A DNA stretch of 64,000 nt, from the NCBI GenBank assembly GCA_902763185.1, contig CACWQT010000004.1:54535-118534 (forward strand), given 5' to 3'. Shown piece by piece: positions 46,697-57,766 of the stretch. Under the pieces are notes generated by a model, which saw only the letters and a list, made by a program, of their open reading frames with translations, was not told the origin of the DNA and did no database searches. The first letter of the stretch is position 1; the number at the start of each line of letters is the position of its first letter. The position numbers and the translations under genes are program-made. The DNA comes from an uncultured Rhodospirillales bacterium. GTDB taxonomy: Bacteria; Pseudomonadota; Alphaproteobacteria; RF32; CAG-239.

Positions 46697-46957
46697 CTAA
46701 AGAGCTTTGACTTTTTGGTTCAAGCGAGCAATTGTTCGAGAAGCTTTGTTTTTATGGAAAACACCTTTTTGAGCAGCTCTCATCATTTCGCTTTCAGCAA
46801 CCTTCAAAGCAGAAGTGGCAGCAGCTTTATCTCCGGCCAAAACAGCAGCAATAACTTTCTTTACAAAAGTTCTTACTCTGCTTCTGCGAGCACCGTTAAT
46901 AATGCCTCTTTTGTTGTTTCTGTTTATTCTTGTTTTTGCCGATTTATGATTGGCCAT
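46697..46957 (-). CDS. rpsT: 30S ribosomal protein S20
   Basis: MANHKSAKTRINRNNKRGIINGARRSRVRTFVKKV..., 86 aa. Confidence 0.9.
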   Translation of the reverse strand: MANHKSAKTRINRNNKRGIINGARRSRVRTFVKKVIAAVLAGDKAAATSALKVAESEMMRAAQKGVFHKNKASRTIARLNQKVKAL

Positions 46958-47009
46958 ATTTTTATCCTGTCTTAAAATTTAAGTTAATTACAAATAAAAT
47001 TCGGAATAA

Positions 47010-47037
47010 CTTATAAACGATAATCCGTGATAGTCAA
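47010..47037 (-). promoter_or_regulatory. Candidate rpsT promoter
   Basis: On the minus strand: TTGACT (47037-47032), 16-nt spacer, TATAAG (47015-47010). Pattern only. Confidence 0.35.
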
Positions 47038-47104
47038 CAAATTTTTTAAAAAATAATTAAAATTTAAATCTAATCAAAACTTTACATCTCAAAAAACATG
47101 CGCG

Positions 47105-47944
47105 TTACTTTTGTAAGTGCGGACAATAATAAGTAGAGCGCCCACTTTGCACTAATTTTTGGATTCCTTTGCAAGGCTTATCGGGGAAAAGACAATTTGG
47201 GCATTTCTGTCCTTCTTTGCCATAGACCGCATGTTGTAGTTGGAAATAGCCGATATCGCCATCGGGTTTGCGGTAGTCATGGAGTGTGGAGCCTCCGGCT
47301 TTAATGGCTTTATTTAACACCTCTCTTATGGCCTCAATCAAATCCTTTAACTCCTTTTGGGTTATAGTAAGAGATTCTCTCAAAGGCGAGATTCTGGCAA
47401 GATATAGTGCCTCAGAAGCATAGATATTGCCGATTCCTGAAATGATTGCCTGGTCTAAGAGTGCTTGTTTAATCGAAATTTTCTTTTCTCTCAATTTGCC
47501 TTTAAGGTAATTGACATTAAGATTCTCATCAAACGGATCAAGACCTAGATGACACAACAACGGATTCGTAAAAATGTTTTCTGTTTGGCAAATTGTTACC
47601 ACGCCAAAACGCCGCGGATCATTATAAATAAGTGAGCCTTTTGTTGTATTCATAACCACATGGTCATGCTTTTCTAAAATAGGATTCCGCTCATTATTTA
47701 TTTTAATTTTGCCACTCATCCCGAAATGCCAAATCACACTATAGCCATTATCAAGCTCCATAACGGCATATTTTGCGATTCTATAAAATTTTATAATCTT
47801 TGCACCCACAACCGCATTTTCAAATACATCGGGAATGGGGCATCTTAAGCTTCTGTTATAAACCTTTGCGGATTCGATTACTGCACCATCAAGTGCCTTT
47901 CGCATGGATTCTTTAATTGTTTCAACTTCCGGTAATTCGGGCAT
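47105..47944 (-). CDS. mutM: Formamidopyrimidine-DNA glycosylase
   Basis: The N-terminus is MPELPEVETI. It has an H2TH region LLDQAIISGIGNIYASEALYLARI and a C-terminal Zn-finger region with an atypical last ligand (see findings). Confidence 0.9.
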   Translation of the reverse strand: MPELPEVETIKESMRKALDGAVIESAKVYNRSLRCPIPDVFENAVVGAKIIKFYRIAKYAVMELDNGYSVIWHFGMSGKIKINNERNPILEKHDHVVMNTTKGSLIYNDPRRFGVVTICQTENIFTNPLLCHLGLDPFDENLNVNYLKGKLREKKISIKQALLDQAIISGIGNIYASEALYLARISPLRESLTITQKELKDLIEAIREVLNKAIKAGGSTLHDYRKPDGDIGYFQLQHAVYGKEGQKCPNCLFPDKPCKGIQKLVQSGRSTYYCPHLQK

Positions 47945-48118
47945 TGTCTCTTTCCTTAAAAATATTATTCCTAAAATAGGTATAAATTTTTCTAAAGGCG
48001 ATAATAAAATGAGCTTTATTCACGCTGAATAATTGGCGATTCTTTTTTGTATTTAATATTTGACGTGCGCTGAAATATAAGTTATACTCACCCAAATGCA
48101 AATTTTAAGGAACAAATT

Positions 48119-48673
48119 GTGATTAGCAAAGCACACACCAAAAGACAAAGGAAATACTTTGCCCCGCAAAACGAGGGCGTTAAACATATGTGTGATCATC
48201 CGGGGTGCGAGAAAGAAGGCGAATTCAGAGCGCCCAAGGATAGAACGCTTAAGAGCTATTATTGGTTTTGCTTAGAACATGTTCAGGAATATAACGCCAA
48301 ATGGAACTACTACGCCGGAGAAGCCCCCGAAAAGGAGGAGGAACAAACAAAAAGAAAAGCGCATTTCAACAGCTTTCACTCACGTATTAAATATAAATTT
48401 GGCAATGACTTGGATGATGAATTGTCTTTTTTGCACGGATTCTCTAACTATGACAAGATTGCAGACAGCGTTTATTTTACCAAAAAAGACCGCAAAGAAT
48501 TAGAGCATCTTGAGATGACCGAAGATGACTTCAGCGTAGAAAACTTAAAAAAGCAATATAAGAAACTGGCCAAATCCTGCCATCCGGATTTGCATCCGGA
48601 AGATAAAGAGGCAGAAGAAAAATTCAAGCGCCTAACTGAGGCTTATAAAAAGCTATTGGAAAAAATGTCTTAA
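48119..48673 (+). CDS. J-domain protein (alphaproteobacterial DnaJ-like with N-terminal Cys/His motif)
   Basis: GTG start. The N-terminal region is [18 protein letters not shown]...[19 protein letters not shown]. The C-terminal J domain is [37 protein letters not shown]. Confidence 0.75.
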   Translation: MISKAHTKRQRKYFAPQNEGVKHMCDHPGCEKEGEFRAPKDRTLKSYYWFCLEHVQEYNAKWNYYAGEAPEKEEEQTKRKAHFNSFHSRIKYKFGNDLDDELSFLHGFSNYDKIADSVYFTKKDRKELEHLEMTEDDFSVENLKKQYKKLAKSCHPDLHPEDKEAEEKFKRLTEAYKKLLEKMS

Positions 48674-51600
48674 AGCGACAGTTCATATAATTTAGCTGCA
48701 TATTTTTTAATAACATCTAGCCTTGTTTGATACGAGGCTAGATTTTTTTCGATAAATAACTTTTGGTCACTACGCACTTTAATTGCACCGAGTTGCGAAG
48801 TAATAAAACTCATCAGCTTGTCAACGTTCTTAAAGGTATTATTATGGAAAGAAATCAAAATACCTCTTGCACCGGCATCAACGCGTTCAATGTTTGCTAA
48901 CTGGCAAATCTGTTTAATTTCAACCGTCTTTAGTAGGTTCTCCACTTCTTCAGGAATTTGCCCGAACCGGTCAATCAGTTCCTCACGCATATCATTGAGT
49001 TCTTCTACTGTTTTAAGATTACCGATTCGCTTATAAAGTCCCAATCGCACACCTAAATCCGCCACATAATTTTCAGGGATAATAATCGGCACGCCGGTTG
49101 TGATTTGAACGCTCCAATCATCTTGTGGACGAACCAACTCACCATTACTGTTCATATTAACTTTAATCCGATTTATCTCTTCTTCCAAAAGATGATGATA
49201 AAGAGCGATACCCACATCTTTAATGTGCCCCGATTGCTCAACGCCCAAAATATTTCCGGCACCTCTGATATCTAAATCATGATTGGCAAGCGAGAAGCCT
49301 GCACCGAGCTGATTGAGAGCCTGTAAGATATTGAGCCTTTTCTCGGCAACTTGTGTGAGAACTTTTTTGTTAGGGATTGTAAAGTAACAATATCCGCGTT
49401 GTTTAGAACGCCCGATTCTTCCGCGTAATTGATAGAGTTGAGCTAACCCGAACATATCTGCGCGGTAGATAATCATTGTGTTAACATTAGGCAAATCAAT
49501 GCCCGATTCTATAATTGTTGTAGAGAGCAAAATATCTGCTTTTCCATCAGCAAAATCACACATCACATCTTCCAAATGCGTTGGAGCCATTTGCCCATGC
49601 GCCACGGCAATTTTTATATCTGGCACCAATGCACGCAGTTTAGGTTCTATCTGTAAAATATCAGATACTCTCGGGCATACAAAATAAATCTGTCCGCCAC
49701 GATATTTTTCGCGGTATATAGCCTCTTTAATCATCACCGTATCAAACGGCATAACAAAAGTTCTGGCGGCAAGCCTGTCAACCGGAGGAGTAGCAATAAT
49801 GCTAAGTTGCTTAACACCGGTCAAAGATAGTTGTAATGTTCTGGGGATTGGTGTTGCGCTCAAGGTTAAAATATGCACGTCTGACTTAAGTTGTTTTAAG
49901 CGTTCTTTATGTGCCACACCGAAATGCTGTTCTTCATCAATAATCAAAAGCCCCAAATTACAAAACTCAATATCTTTGGCAAGGAGTGCATGTGTGCCGA
50001 TAACAATCTCAAGTGCCCCATCTTTAAGCTCTTGTTTAATTGCTTTGGATTCTTTGGCATTAACCAATCGTGAAAGCATTTTAACTTTAATCGGAAAACC
50101 TTGAAGCCGTTGTTTAAAATTAAGATAATGCTGACGGGCAAGCAATGTTGTCGGCACAACGACCGCTACTTGCGCGCCACAAGAAGCAACGGTAAATGCT
50201 GCCCTAAGGGCTACTTCTGTTTTGCCAAACCCCACATCACCGCAAATGAGCCTATCCATCGGCATACCTTCCGATAAATCCTTAATGACATCATTAACAG
50301 CACTCAACTGGTCATCTGTTTCAGTAAATAAAAAGCGACTGCAAAATTCATCATAGGCTCCACGTTCGGGCACAAAAATTTCAGCATGCTTCATTCGTCT
50401 TTCAGCGGCAATTTTAATCAATTTATCGGCAATATCTTTAATCTTTTCTTTGACTTTGGATTTCTTGGCTTCCCACGCTGAACCGCCTAATGTATCTAAG
50501 GTAACATTAGCATCCTCAGCACCATACCGGCTGATAACATCAATATTTTCAACCGGAACATAGAGTTTATCTCCGTTAGCATAAATAAGTTTTAAGCAGT
50601 CATGCGCCGCGCCGTCGGTTACAATGTTTTCCAACCCTTCAAAGCGCCCGATACCATGCTCAATATGCACCACGTATTCGCCGATGTTTAAAGACGAAAT
50701 ATCAGAAATAAGGTTTTCAGCTGAAACTTTTTTCTGGTTGCGTAAATGTTTACGCTCACCCCAAAGATCTTGCTCTGTAACGATAAAATAATCCTTGGAA
50801 TTAAAACCGTGCTGCATTTCTAAACGAATAAGTGCAACTTTTCCCTTAGCGGATTCTTTTTCGGCTTCTTGCCAATTAGCGGCAACAATAAGCGATTCTA
50901 CCTTGTTTTCGCTCAACATATTGCGCATACGGTCAAGGGAGCCATCGGTATAGCAACAAATAATTTTCTTTTTATTTTGATTTTGCGAAAACTCATTTTT
51001 CAAATCTTCGTAAACCGAAAGATTATTGATATTTTTAAGCGAAGCAAAAATCTTTTGCGGCACGGCTCCAAAATCAATCACATCTTTGGCATGAGGTAAA
51101 GAGCGATTGGTCAACTGAACATATCTTTTACTATGCACTTGCTCAATAACATCTTTATCGCTTAAAAACAGTAAATCTGGTTTAATTGGGCGATAGACAT
51201 CAATATCCGCCATGGGATTAACAATTTTAAGCGCTTCCAAGCGTGCTTGATAATGATCATAAATCGCCTCATTTTTCGCCTTAAATGCGTTGTCGGCATC
51301 GATTCCCATAACGACATCAGCTTGAGGTATATAGTCAAATATCGTTGGCAAAGCATCATCATAAAAAAACGGTAACCAGTTTTCCATACCGAGATATTTT
51401 TTGCCATTGGAGATGTTTTCATAAAGCTCATCTTTTAGTCCGGCAGCTCCAAATGCCTCGCGATATTTGGAACGAAACGCTTTAATCGTATTTTGATCTA
51501 AAATAACCTCATTAGCACTGCCAAAGTTATAAAACGCAATGTCCCCTGTACTTCTTTGCGTTTCCACCTCAAAATAGCGGAGTCTTTCTATCTCATCATC

Positions 51601-52152
51601 AAACAGGTCAATACGGATAGGCTGCTCAGAACCACTCGGAAAAATATCAATAATATCGCCGCGAACAGCATATTCACCCGCTTCCATAACCTGTTCCACA
51701 CGCGTATAGCCGTTAATAACCGCATAATGCAAAAAGTTATCGAAATTCAACTTTCCACCGACTTTTAGCATTTTTCGTGCATTCATAAAAATCTTTTTTG
51801 GCGGTAGTTTTTGGATAACCGCACCGACACTGCTTAAGATAATCTTATGATTTTTAGTATTGCCTTCAAGCACCAATCTGGAGAGCGTGTCAGTACGTTG
51901 CGATAATATGTGTGGGTTAGGAGAAACCCTGTCGTATGGCACGGTATCCCAAGCCGGAAACATCAATACTTCCACCTCATGCGCTATTGCCTTTAAGGTA
52001 TTATAAACCTGTGTCAGGCTTATCCCGTCGCTTAAAATACACAACAAATCGCGATTGGCAGCAAAAAACAAATCACGTATGGCAAAGGCCTCTGCATCTT
52101 TTGCCACACCGCTTAAGGTTTTTGTGTTGTAATCATCAAAATCAATAGACAT
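48670..52152 (-). CDS. mfd: Transcription-repair coupling factor Mfd
   Basis: 1160 aa with helicase motifs [40 protein letters not shown] and QLRGRIGRS. Confidence 0.95.
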   Translation of the reverse strand: MSIDFDDYNTKTLSGVAKDAEAFAIRDLFFAANRDLLCILSDGISLTQVYNTLKAIAHEVEVLMFPAWDTVPYDRVSPNPHILSQRTDTLSRLVLEGNTKNHKIILSSVGAVIQKLPPKKIFMNARKMLKVGGKLNFDNFLHYAVINGYTRVEQVMEAGEYAVRGDIIDIFPSGSEQPIRIDLFDDEIERLRYFEVETQRSTGDIAFYNFGSANEVILDQNTIKAFRSKYREAFGAAGLKDELYENISNGKKYLGMENWLPFFYDDALPTIFDYIPQADVVMGIDADNAFKAKNEAIYDHYQARLEALKIVNPMADIDVYRPIKPDLLFLSDKDVIEQVHSKRYVQLTNRSLPHAKDVIDFGAVPQKIFASLKNINNLSVYEDLKNEFSQNQNKKKIICCYTDGSLDRMRNMLSENKVESLIVAANWQEAEKESAKGKVALIRLEMQHGFNSKDYFIVTEQDLWGERKHLRNQKKVSAENLISDISSLNIGEYVVHIEHGIGRFEGLENIVTDGAAHDCLKLIYANGDKLYVPVENIDVISRYGAEDANVTLDTLGGSAWEAKKSKVKEKIKDIADKLIKIAAERRMKHAEIFVPERGAYDEFCSRFLFTETDDQLSAVNDVIKDLSEGMPMDRLICGDVGFGKTEVALRAAFTVASCGAQVAVVVPTTLLARQHYLNFKQRLQGFPIKVKMLSRLVNAKESKAIKQELKDGALEIVIGTHALLAKDIEFCNLGLLIIDEEQHFGVAHKERLKQLKSDVHILTLSATPIPRTLQLSLTGVKQLSIIATPPVDRLAARTFVMPFDTVMIKEAIYREKYRGGQIYFVCPRVSDILQIEPKLRALVPDIKIAVAHGQMAPTHLEDVMCDFADGKADILLSTTIIESGIDLPNVNTMIIYRADMFGLAQLYQLRGRIGRSKQRGYCYFTIPNKKVLTQVAEKRLNILQALNQLGAGFSLANHDLDIRGAGNILGVEQSGHIKDVGIALYHHLLEEEINRIKVNMNSNGELVRPQDDWSVQITTGVPIIIPENYVADLGVRLGLYKRIGNLKTVEELNDMREELIDRFGQIPEEVENLLKTVEIKQICQLANIERVDAGARGILISFHNNTFKNVDKLMSFITSQLGAIKVRSDQKLFIEKNLASYQTRLDVIKKYAAKLYELSL

Positions 52153-52223
52153 TTTTACACATTTTATGGTATAAACTAATCAGTCAAAATAAACCAAAAG
52201 AGCAAATTGTAAAGAGTTTAAAT

Positions 52224-54305
52224 ATGCGCCCGAAGATTTTATATCCGCTGTTTGACACCATAGATGCCCTAAAAGGCGTTGGCACAAAATATGGCAAACT
52301 CATTAAAAATCTTTGTGGTGAAAAAGTCGTGGACATCTTGTTTCATCTGCCATCTAATGTCGTGGACAGGACTTATACCGTGCCTTTATGTGAGGCTCAA
52401 GACAACAGAATTTGGACAGGCGTTATCACCATTACCGAGCACCAACCGCCCGCCACTAAAAAACATCCGTATCGTATTTATGCCACTGACGGCACCGCTG
52501 AGATTGTTTTGGTATTTTTTAAGGTTTATGCGGATTCGCTAAAAAAGAATTATCCTATCGGCGAGAAACGCGCCATCAGCGGCAAGCTTGAATATTTTAA
52601 CGGTATGTGGCAGATGACACATCCGGATTATGTTATTCCTGAAAATAAGTTAAATGATTTAGCGCGTTTAGAGCCTGTGTATCCTTTAACCGCCGGTGTG
52701 ACTAACAAAATGGTGCTAAAACTTGTTTCAGAATCATTTTTACGCCTTCCTAAAATGCCGGAATGGCTTGCACCTAATTCTTTGGGAGATTTGGAATATA
52801 TCAGCTTCAATGACGCCCTGTATAAAGCTCATCACCCTCAAAATATCGCAGATTTGTTGCCCTCTTCTCAAGCGCGGCGTCGTTTGGCTTATGATGAAAT
52901 TTTATCAAACCAACTGGCTTTAGCGTTTATTCGTCAAAAGGTGCGTCAGTATAAAGGACACAGTTTTAAGGGGACAGGTGAGCTTTATAATAAAGTTCGT
53001 CAAACGCTTCCCTTTGAACTGACCAATGCGCAGGAAAATGCCTTAAAAGAAATCACAGCAGACCAAGAATCCCCCTATAAAATGCTCCGGCTGTTACAAG
53101 GAGATGTAGGCTCGGGCAAAACCGTTGTTGCCCTTTTAAGTATGTTAAGAGTGATAGAATGCGGTGCACAAACCGCCCTTATGGCGCCAACCGAGATTTT
53201 AGCCAAACAACATTACGATACCATAACTGAGCTCTGCGCCAATACAGACCTAAAAATTGGGTTGCTGACCGGTAAATTGCGTCCCAAAGAAAAACGTGAG
53301 ATAAACCAAAAAATTGCCTCCGGCGAAATAAATATCCTTATCGGCACCCACGCTCTATTTACGGATTCGGTAATTTTCAAAGATTTGGGTTATGTTGTCA
53401 TAGACGAGCAACATCGTTTTGGCGTCAACCAGCGTTTATCTCTTTCTGCCAAAGGGGCAATGTGTGATGTTTTGGTAATGACCGCCACCCCGATTCCAAG
53501 GAGTCTGCTCTTAACCGCATACGGCGATATGGATTATTCCAAAATCGGTGAACTTCCCCAAGGGCGCAAACCGACACAAACCGCGATTGCTAATGTAAAT
53601 AAAATGCCGGATGTTATTCAAAATCTAAAGCGCAAATTAGAGCAGGGGACACGTGCTTATTGGGTTTGTCCACTGGTTGAAGAAAGTGAAAAATCAGATT
53701 TAGCCGCAGCAACCGAACGTTACGAAATGCTCAAACAAGAGTTTGGCGATTCTGTTGGTCTTATTCACGGCAAGATGAAAGAGGCAGAAAAAGACGCCGT
53801 TATGGAAGAATTTAAACAGGGCAAAAAGACACTTCTGGTTGCAACCACGGTAATAGAAGTCGGCGTTAATGTGCCGGAAGCAACCATTATGATAATTGAA
53901 CACGCCGAGCGATTCGGACTAGCTCAACTGCATCAATTGCGCGGGCGAATAAAACGCGGTTACGAGTCCGGCTCTTGTTTATTGATGTATAGTTATCCTT
54001 TAAGCACAGTATCTCGCGAGCGCCTAAACATCATGAAACAGACTGAAGACGGATTCTACATTGCCGAAAAAGATTTGGAACTTCGCGGTGGGGGGGAGAT
54101 TTTAGGTACGCGCCAGTCAGGATTTACCGAATTTAAGTTGGCAGATATGAGTTGTCACCAAGATTTATTGATAAAAGCACGAGATGATGTTTTAGCGATA
54201 CTAAAAACTGATCCGAAACTCGAAACCGAACGCGGTCAGGCGCTAAAAGTTCTTCTTTATCTCTTTGAACAAAACGAAGCCGTAAGGACATACTTAGCAG
54301 GGTAA
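52224..54305 (+). CDS. recG: ATP-dependent DNA helicase RecG
   Basis: 693 aa with GDVGSGKTVVALL, VVIDEQHRFGV, MTATPIPRSL and QLRGRIKRG. Confidence 0.95.
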   Translation: MRPKILYPLFDTIDALKGVGTKYGKLIKNLCGEKVVDILFHLPSNVVDRTYTVPLCEAQDNRIWTGVITITEHQPPATKKHPYRIYATDGTAEIVLVFFKVYADSLKKNYPIGEKRAISGKLEYFNGMWQMTHPDYVIPENKLNDLARLEPVYPLTAGVTNKMVLKLVSESFLRLPKMPEWLAPNSLGDLEYISFNDALYKAHHPQNIADLLPSSQARRRLAYDEILSNQLALAFIRQKVRQYKGHSFKGTGELYNKVRQTLPFELTNAQENALKEITADQESPYKMLRLLQGDVGSGKTVVALLSMLRVIECGAQTALMAPTEILAKQHYDTITELCANTDLKIGLLTGKLRPKEKREINQKIASGEINILIGTHALFTDSVIFKDLGYVVIDEQHRFGVNQRLSLSAKGAMCDVLVMTATPIPRSLLLTAYGDMDYSKIGELPQGRKPTQTAIANVNKMPDVIQNLKRKLEQGTRAYWVCPLVEESEKSDLAAATERYEMLKQEFGDSVGLIHGKMKEAEKDAVMEEFKQGKKTLLVATTVIEVGVNVPEATIMIIEHAERFGLAQLHQLRGRIKRGYESGSCLLMYSYPLSTVSRERLNIMKQTEDGFYIAEKDLELRGGGEILGTRQSGFTEFKLADMSCHQDLLIKARDDVLAILKTDPKLETERGQALKVLLYLFEQNEAVRTYLAG

Positions 54306-54309
54306 CAAC

Positions 54310-55044
54310 ATGACCATAGACTTATACCACGGTGATTGCATAGACATCATGCACCAACTAATCAAAAAGGGTATCAAGGTTGACGCCGTGATTACCGATA
54401 TCCCTTACGGCACAACTGCTTGTCCGTGGGATGAGGTCATACCTTTTGACAAGATGTGGAATTGCATAAAACAACTTCGCTTTGACACCACGCCGATTCT
54501 CCTTTTTGGCAATGAGCCGTTTAACAGCTATCTCCGTATCTCTAACATCAAGGAATATCGTTATGATATTTATTGGCAAAAGGAGCGCGCAACCAACATT
54601 TTTCAGCTGAAAAAGCGTCCGGCAAAAGTCATAGAAACGATTAATGTGTTTTATAAAAAGCAATGCACCTATAATCCGCAGATGACCACGTATGACGGCC
54701 CTTTAAGGAGCAATAAGATTAAAGACGGTAAACTGGGTGTTTTGGTGGATTCTCAAAACCGCAAACCGAACGAATATCAAGACACAGGTCTACGCTATCC
54801 CTTGCAGATTGTGCAGTTTAAGCGCGATATATTATCATCAAATTTGCATCCTACGCAAAAGCCCGTGGCTTTAATGGAGTATCTTGTTAAAACCTATACC
54901 AATAAAGGAGATACTGTGCTTGATTTTACGATGGGTTCCGGCACGACCGGTGTCGCCTGCCAAAACCTAAATCGTAATTTTATCGGCATTGAACTGGATG
55001 AAAAGTATTTTACCATCGCTGAAACTCGTCTCCTAACGAAGTAA
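54310..55044 (+). CDS. Beta-class N6-adenine/N4-cytosine DNA methyltransferase, no cognate endonuclease seen
   Basis: 244 aa. Motif IV variant AVITDIPYG precedes HPTQKPVALMEYL and motif I VLDFTMGSGTTGVA. That IV-before-I order is typical of the beta class. Confidence 0.8.
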   Translation: MTIDLYHGDCIDIMHQLIKKGIKVDAVITDIPYGTTACPWDEVIPFDKMWNCIKQLRFDTTPILLFGNEPFNSYLRISNIKEYRYDIYWQKERATNIFQLKKRPAKVIETINVFYKKQCTYNPQMTTYDGPLRSNKIKDGKLGVLVDSQNRKPNEYQDTGLRYPLQIVQFKRDILSSNLHPTQKPVALMEYLVKTYTNKGDTVLDFTMGSGTTGVACQNLNRNFIGIELDEKYFTIAETRLLTK

Positions 55045-55109
55045 TATACCTTTACTTTATCTTTAGAATTGTGGTGTTATCTTACAAGGCAATATAAAGG
55101 AGAAAAAAT

Positions 55110-56147
55110 ATGTCTTGTTATCTCATCACCGGTGGCGCGGGTTTCTTTGGCTCGATCTTAAAAAAATATTTTTTGGATTTGGGCGCTGAATGTGTCAGTA
55201 TAGATTTAGAGCCGGATAATTTCAAACATCCGCATTTTACAGCCTATCAAGGTGATATCAATGATGATGAGTTGATGGATAAAGTTTTTGCAACCCATAA
55301 ATTTGATGCCATTTTTCACTGCGCGGCACTTTTAGCCCACGTCAAAAAGGATTTGAAAAGACTTTGGCACGCCAATGTGGATGGTACCAAAAATGTCTGT
55401 AAATATGCTATTCATAACCACATCAACAAAATTATTTTTATCTCCAGTAATTGCTTATGGGCAAAGAATTTTGATGAGCCGGTAACAGAAACTGAAACGC
55501 CAAATCCGGTAGAGATTTATGGCAAGTCAAAGCTGGAAGGAGAGCGGATTCTCCTTTCGCACAAAGACAAGATTAACAGTATTATCTTCCGTTCGCCGAC
55601 CATTATGGACGAAGGTCGTCTCGGGCTATTAGGGATTCTCTTTGAGTTTATAGACGAAAACCGCAAACTTCCGATGGTAGGTGACGGTTCTAACCGTTAC
55701 CAATTCATTTATGCCAAAGATTTAGCCAAAGCCTTTGAACTGGCACTTATTGCTGATTACACCGAGATTTTTAATATCGGCGCCGATGATGTGAAGAGCT
55801 TTAACGAGGTTTATGAGTTTGTGATTAAAAAATCCGGCTCCAAGTCGCGCCTCTGGCATTTCCCCAAAGCCCCGATGATTTGGGCAATGAAAATCTGTTT
55901 TTGGCTGGGGATTTCACCTCTAGGCCCATATCAATATAAAATGATTGCCTCAAACTTTATCTTTGATACTGCCAAAATAAAAGAAAAACTAGGATTTAAA
56001 CCTACATTAAAAAATGAAGAAATGCTCTTGCGGGCCTATGAGTTTTATCATCAAAACAAAACGGAAATTCTAAACCGTAAAGATGTTTCGGCACATAACA
56101 GCGTTGCTAAAATGGGTGTGATAAAAGTCTTAAAATGGCTGATGTAA
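55110..56147 (+). CDS. NAD-dependent epimerase/dehydratase family protein
   Basis: N-terminal ITGGAGFFGS and catalytic YGKSK (YxxxK). The substrate is not assignable. Confidence 0.75.
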   Translation: MSCYLITGGAGFFGSILKKYFLDLGAECVSIDLEPDNFKHPHFTAYQGDINDDELMDKVFATHKFDAIFHCAALLAHVKKDLKRLWHANVDGTKNVCKYAIHNHINKIIFISSNCLWAKNFDEPVTETETPNPVEIYGKSKLEGERILLSHKDKINSIIFRSPTIMDEGRLGLLGILFEFIDENRKLPMVGDGSNRYQFIYAKDLAKAFELALIADYTEIFNIGADDVKSFNEVYEFVIKKSGSKSRLWHFPKAPMIWAMKICFWLGISPLGPYQYKMIASNFIFDTAKIKEKLGFKPTLKNEEMLLRAYEFYHQNKTEILNRKDVSAHNSVAKMGVIKVLKWLM

Positions 56148-56151
56148 AAGC

Positions 56152-56685
56152 TTAATTTTCATCTTCCAACACAGTTTTTGCCACATCATAGTCAAATCCG
56201 GCGCGTACCAATGCGGCCAAATCTTTTTGCCGATTTTCAGCGCGTCTGGATTCGTCTTCTCTAAAGCGCCCGATTTTCTTTTTCCTTGCAAAGTTAAGTG
56301 CCACCTCAAGTTCGGAATAGTTATCATCATCAAAAAACTGTGCCACCACATTTTCAGCTATTCCTTTTTGCTTTAATTTTTGCTCAATATAACGGCGTGA
56401 TTTTCCGGCACTGAGATAATTATTAATCTTAAACTCGGCATAACGTTCATCATTAACAAAGTTTTGTTTGAGGCATTCGGCAATCACTTCTTCTGCCCAC
56501 TGATACGCCGCATTTGGATTATAGCTTTTATCAAAAAAAGCATATTTATCAATCCGGCGCTTTAATACGGCGCGCAAATTTTCTTCCGAACTTTCAAAGC
56601 GATCAAGATAATAGAGTGCAATATTACGCAAGCGCGCCTTTGTTGGCGGCTTAGGGGGAGATTTTTTTGTTTTTTCTATAAACAC
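56152..56685 (-). CDS. recX: RecX-family regulatory protein
   Basis: 177 aa, helical-repeat pattern ARLRNIALYYLDRFESSEENLRAVLKRR...YLSAGKSRRYIEQKLKQKGIAENVV. A moderate match by eye. Confidence 0.6.
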   Translation of the reverse strand: MFIEKTKKSPPKPPTKARLRNIALYYLDRFESSEENLRAVLKRRIDKYAFFDKSYNPNAAYQWAEEVIAECLKQNFVNDERYAEFKINNYLSAGKSRRYIEQKLKQKGIAENVVAQFFDDDNYSELEVALNFARKKKIGRFREDESRRAENRQKDLAALVRAGFDYDVAKTVLEDEN

Positions 56686-56753
56686 TTGAAATTTACCTTA
56701 AAATAAATTAACTTCACTTAAAATCTTTAATCAGTATAACAAGGAATAAGAAA

Positions 56754-57677
56754 TTGGCGAATGAAAATTTTGACGAGTGTGTATCATTTTTGATAGATGA
56801 CGGACTTTTTGTCGGGCGTATTGCACGCTTGGAAAATGTCTTAAAGACAATAATCCATAAGCACGGATATGTGAAAAACGTATCAGCCGCATTGTCTGAA
56901 ACAACCGCATTGGCAGTATTGTTGGCAAATGCACTAAAGTTTGAAGGTTTATTTACCCTGCAATTACAAGGTAACGGTCCGGTTTCAACTGTTGTTGTTG
57001 ATGTCACATCAGACGGCTCTATCCGCGCTTGTGCTAATTATGATAAAGCCCATTTAGAAAAAGCATTTGCTCTGCGCAAAAATGAGGGAGAAATTGAGGC
57101 AACACCGCATCTTTTAGGTAACGGCACATTGGCATTTACCATAGATGATGGCAAGAATAATTATCATCAAGGGGTGGTGGATTTACAAGGTAAAACCCTA
57201 ACTGAGTGCGCGCTTCGCTATTTTAAACAATCCGAGCAAATCGAGACAATGCTAAAGTTGTTTGTTGATATTCCCTCAGATGATGAGGGTTCATGGCGAG
57301 CCGGTGGCATATTGCTACAAAGAATACCAAATATTGGCGGAAAAAATGTTGCGCTTGAAGACATACCGGAACTTAAAAATGAAGCGGAAATTTTATTAAA
57401 CTCGCTTAAACAAGAAGAGATATTTGATGAAAATCTGAGTTTACCGGAGATACTGCATCGTCTGTATCATGCCAATAACTTGGTTTTAACCAAAGAAAAT
57501 AAATATCAATTCAAGTGCCGTTGCAGTCGCGAAAAGTTGCTTAAAACCTTACGCGGTTTTTCAGAAAATGAATTATCCTCTATGCTTGATGAAAATTCAA
57601 AAATTACGGCAACTTGTAATTTTTGCTCAGAGACATATGCTTTTACCATCCCGGAGATACTGAAAAAATTAAATTGA
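56754..57677 (+). CDS. hslO: Redox-regulated chaperone Hsp33
   Basis: TTG start after AAGGA. The C-terminal zinc centre is CRCSREKLL...TATCNFCSETYAF. Confidence 0.85.
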   Translation: MANENFDECVSFLIDDGLFVGRIARLENVLKTIIHKHGYVKNVSAALSETTALAVLLANALKFEGLFTLQLQGNGPVSTVVVDVTSDGSIRACANYDKAHLEKAFALRKNEGEIEATPHLLGNGTLAFTIDDGKNNYHQGVVDLQGKTLTECALRYFKQSEQIETMLKLFVDIPSDDEGSWRAGGILLQRIPNIGGKNVALEDIPELKNEAEILLNSLKQEEIFDENLSLPEILHRLYHANNLVLTKENKYQFKCRCSREKLLKTLRGFSENELSSMLDENSKITATCNFCSETYAFTIPEILKKLN

Positions 57678-57766
57678 CTTTAAACAAGTATTAAGCATTA
57701 TAAACATAAAATACGGACAACGGACGTAAGTTCACGATTAATGGACATTAGAAAGGAACTGTTTCA

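Noticed and set aside
46580-46975. 131-aa plus-strand ORF preceded by TTGACA.
   Set aside because: It overlaps rpsT on the opposite strand almost completely. Its translation is S/F/N-rich with no recognisable features, whereas the S20 translation is unambiguous.
48670-48673. Convergent mfd and J-protein genes share overlapping stop codons (TTAA). The virB11/engB and gpsA/recF convergent pairs are each only 6 nt apart.
   Set aside because: This is real but best explained by general genome compaction. No regulatory structure can fit in these gaps, and nothing further can be inferred from sequence alone.
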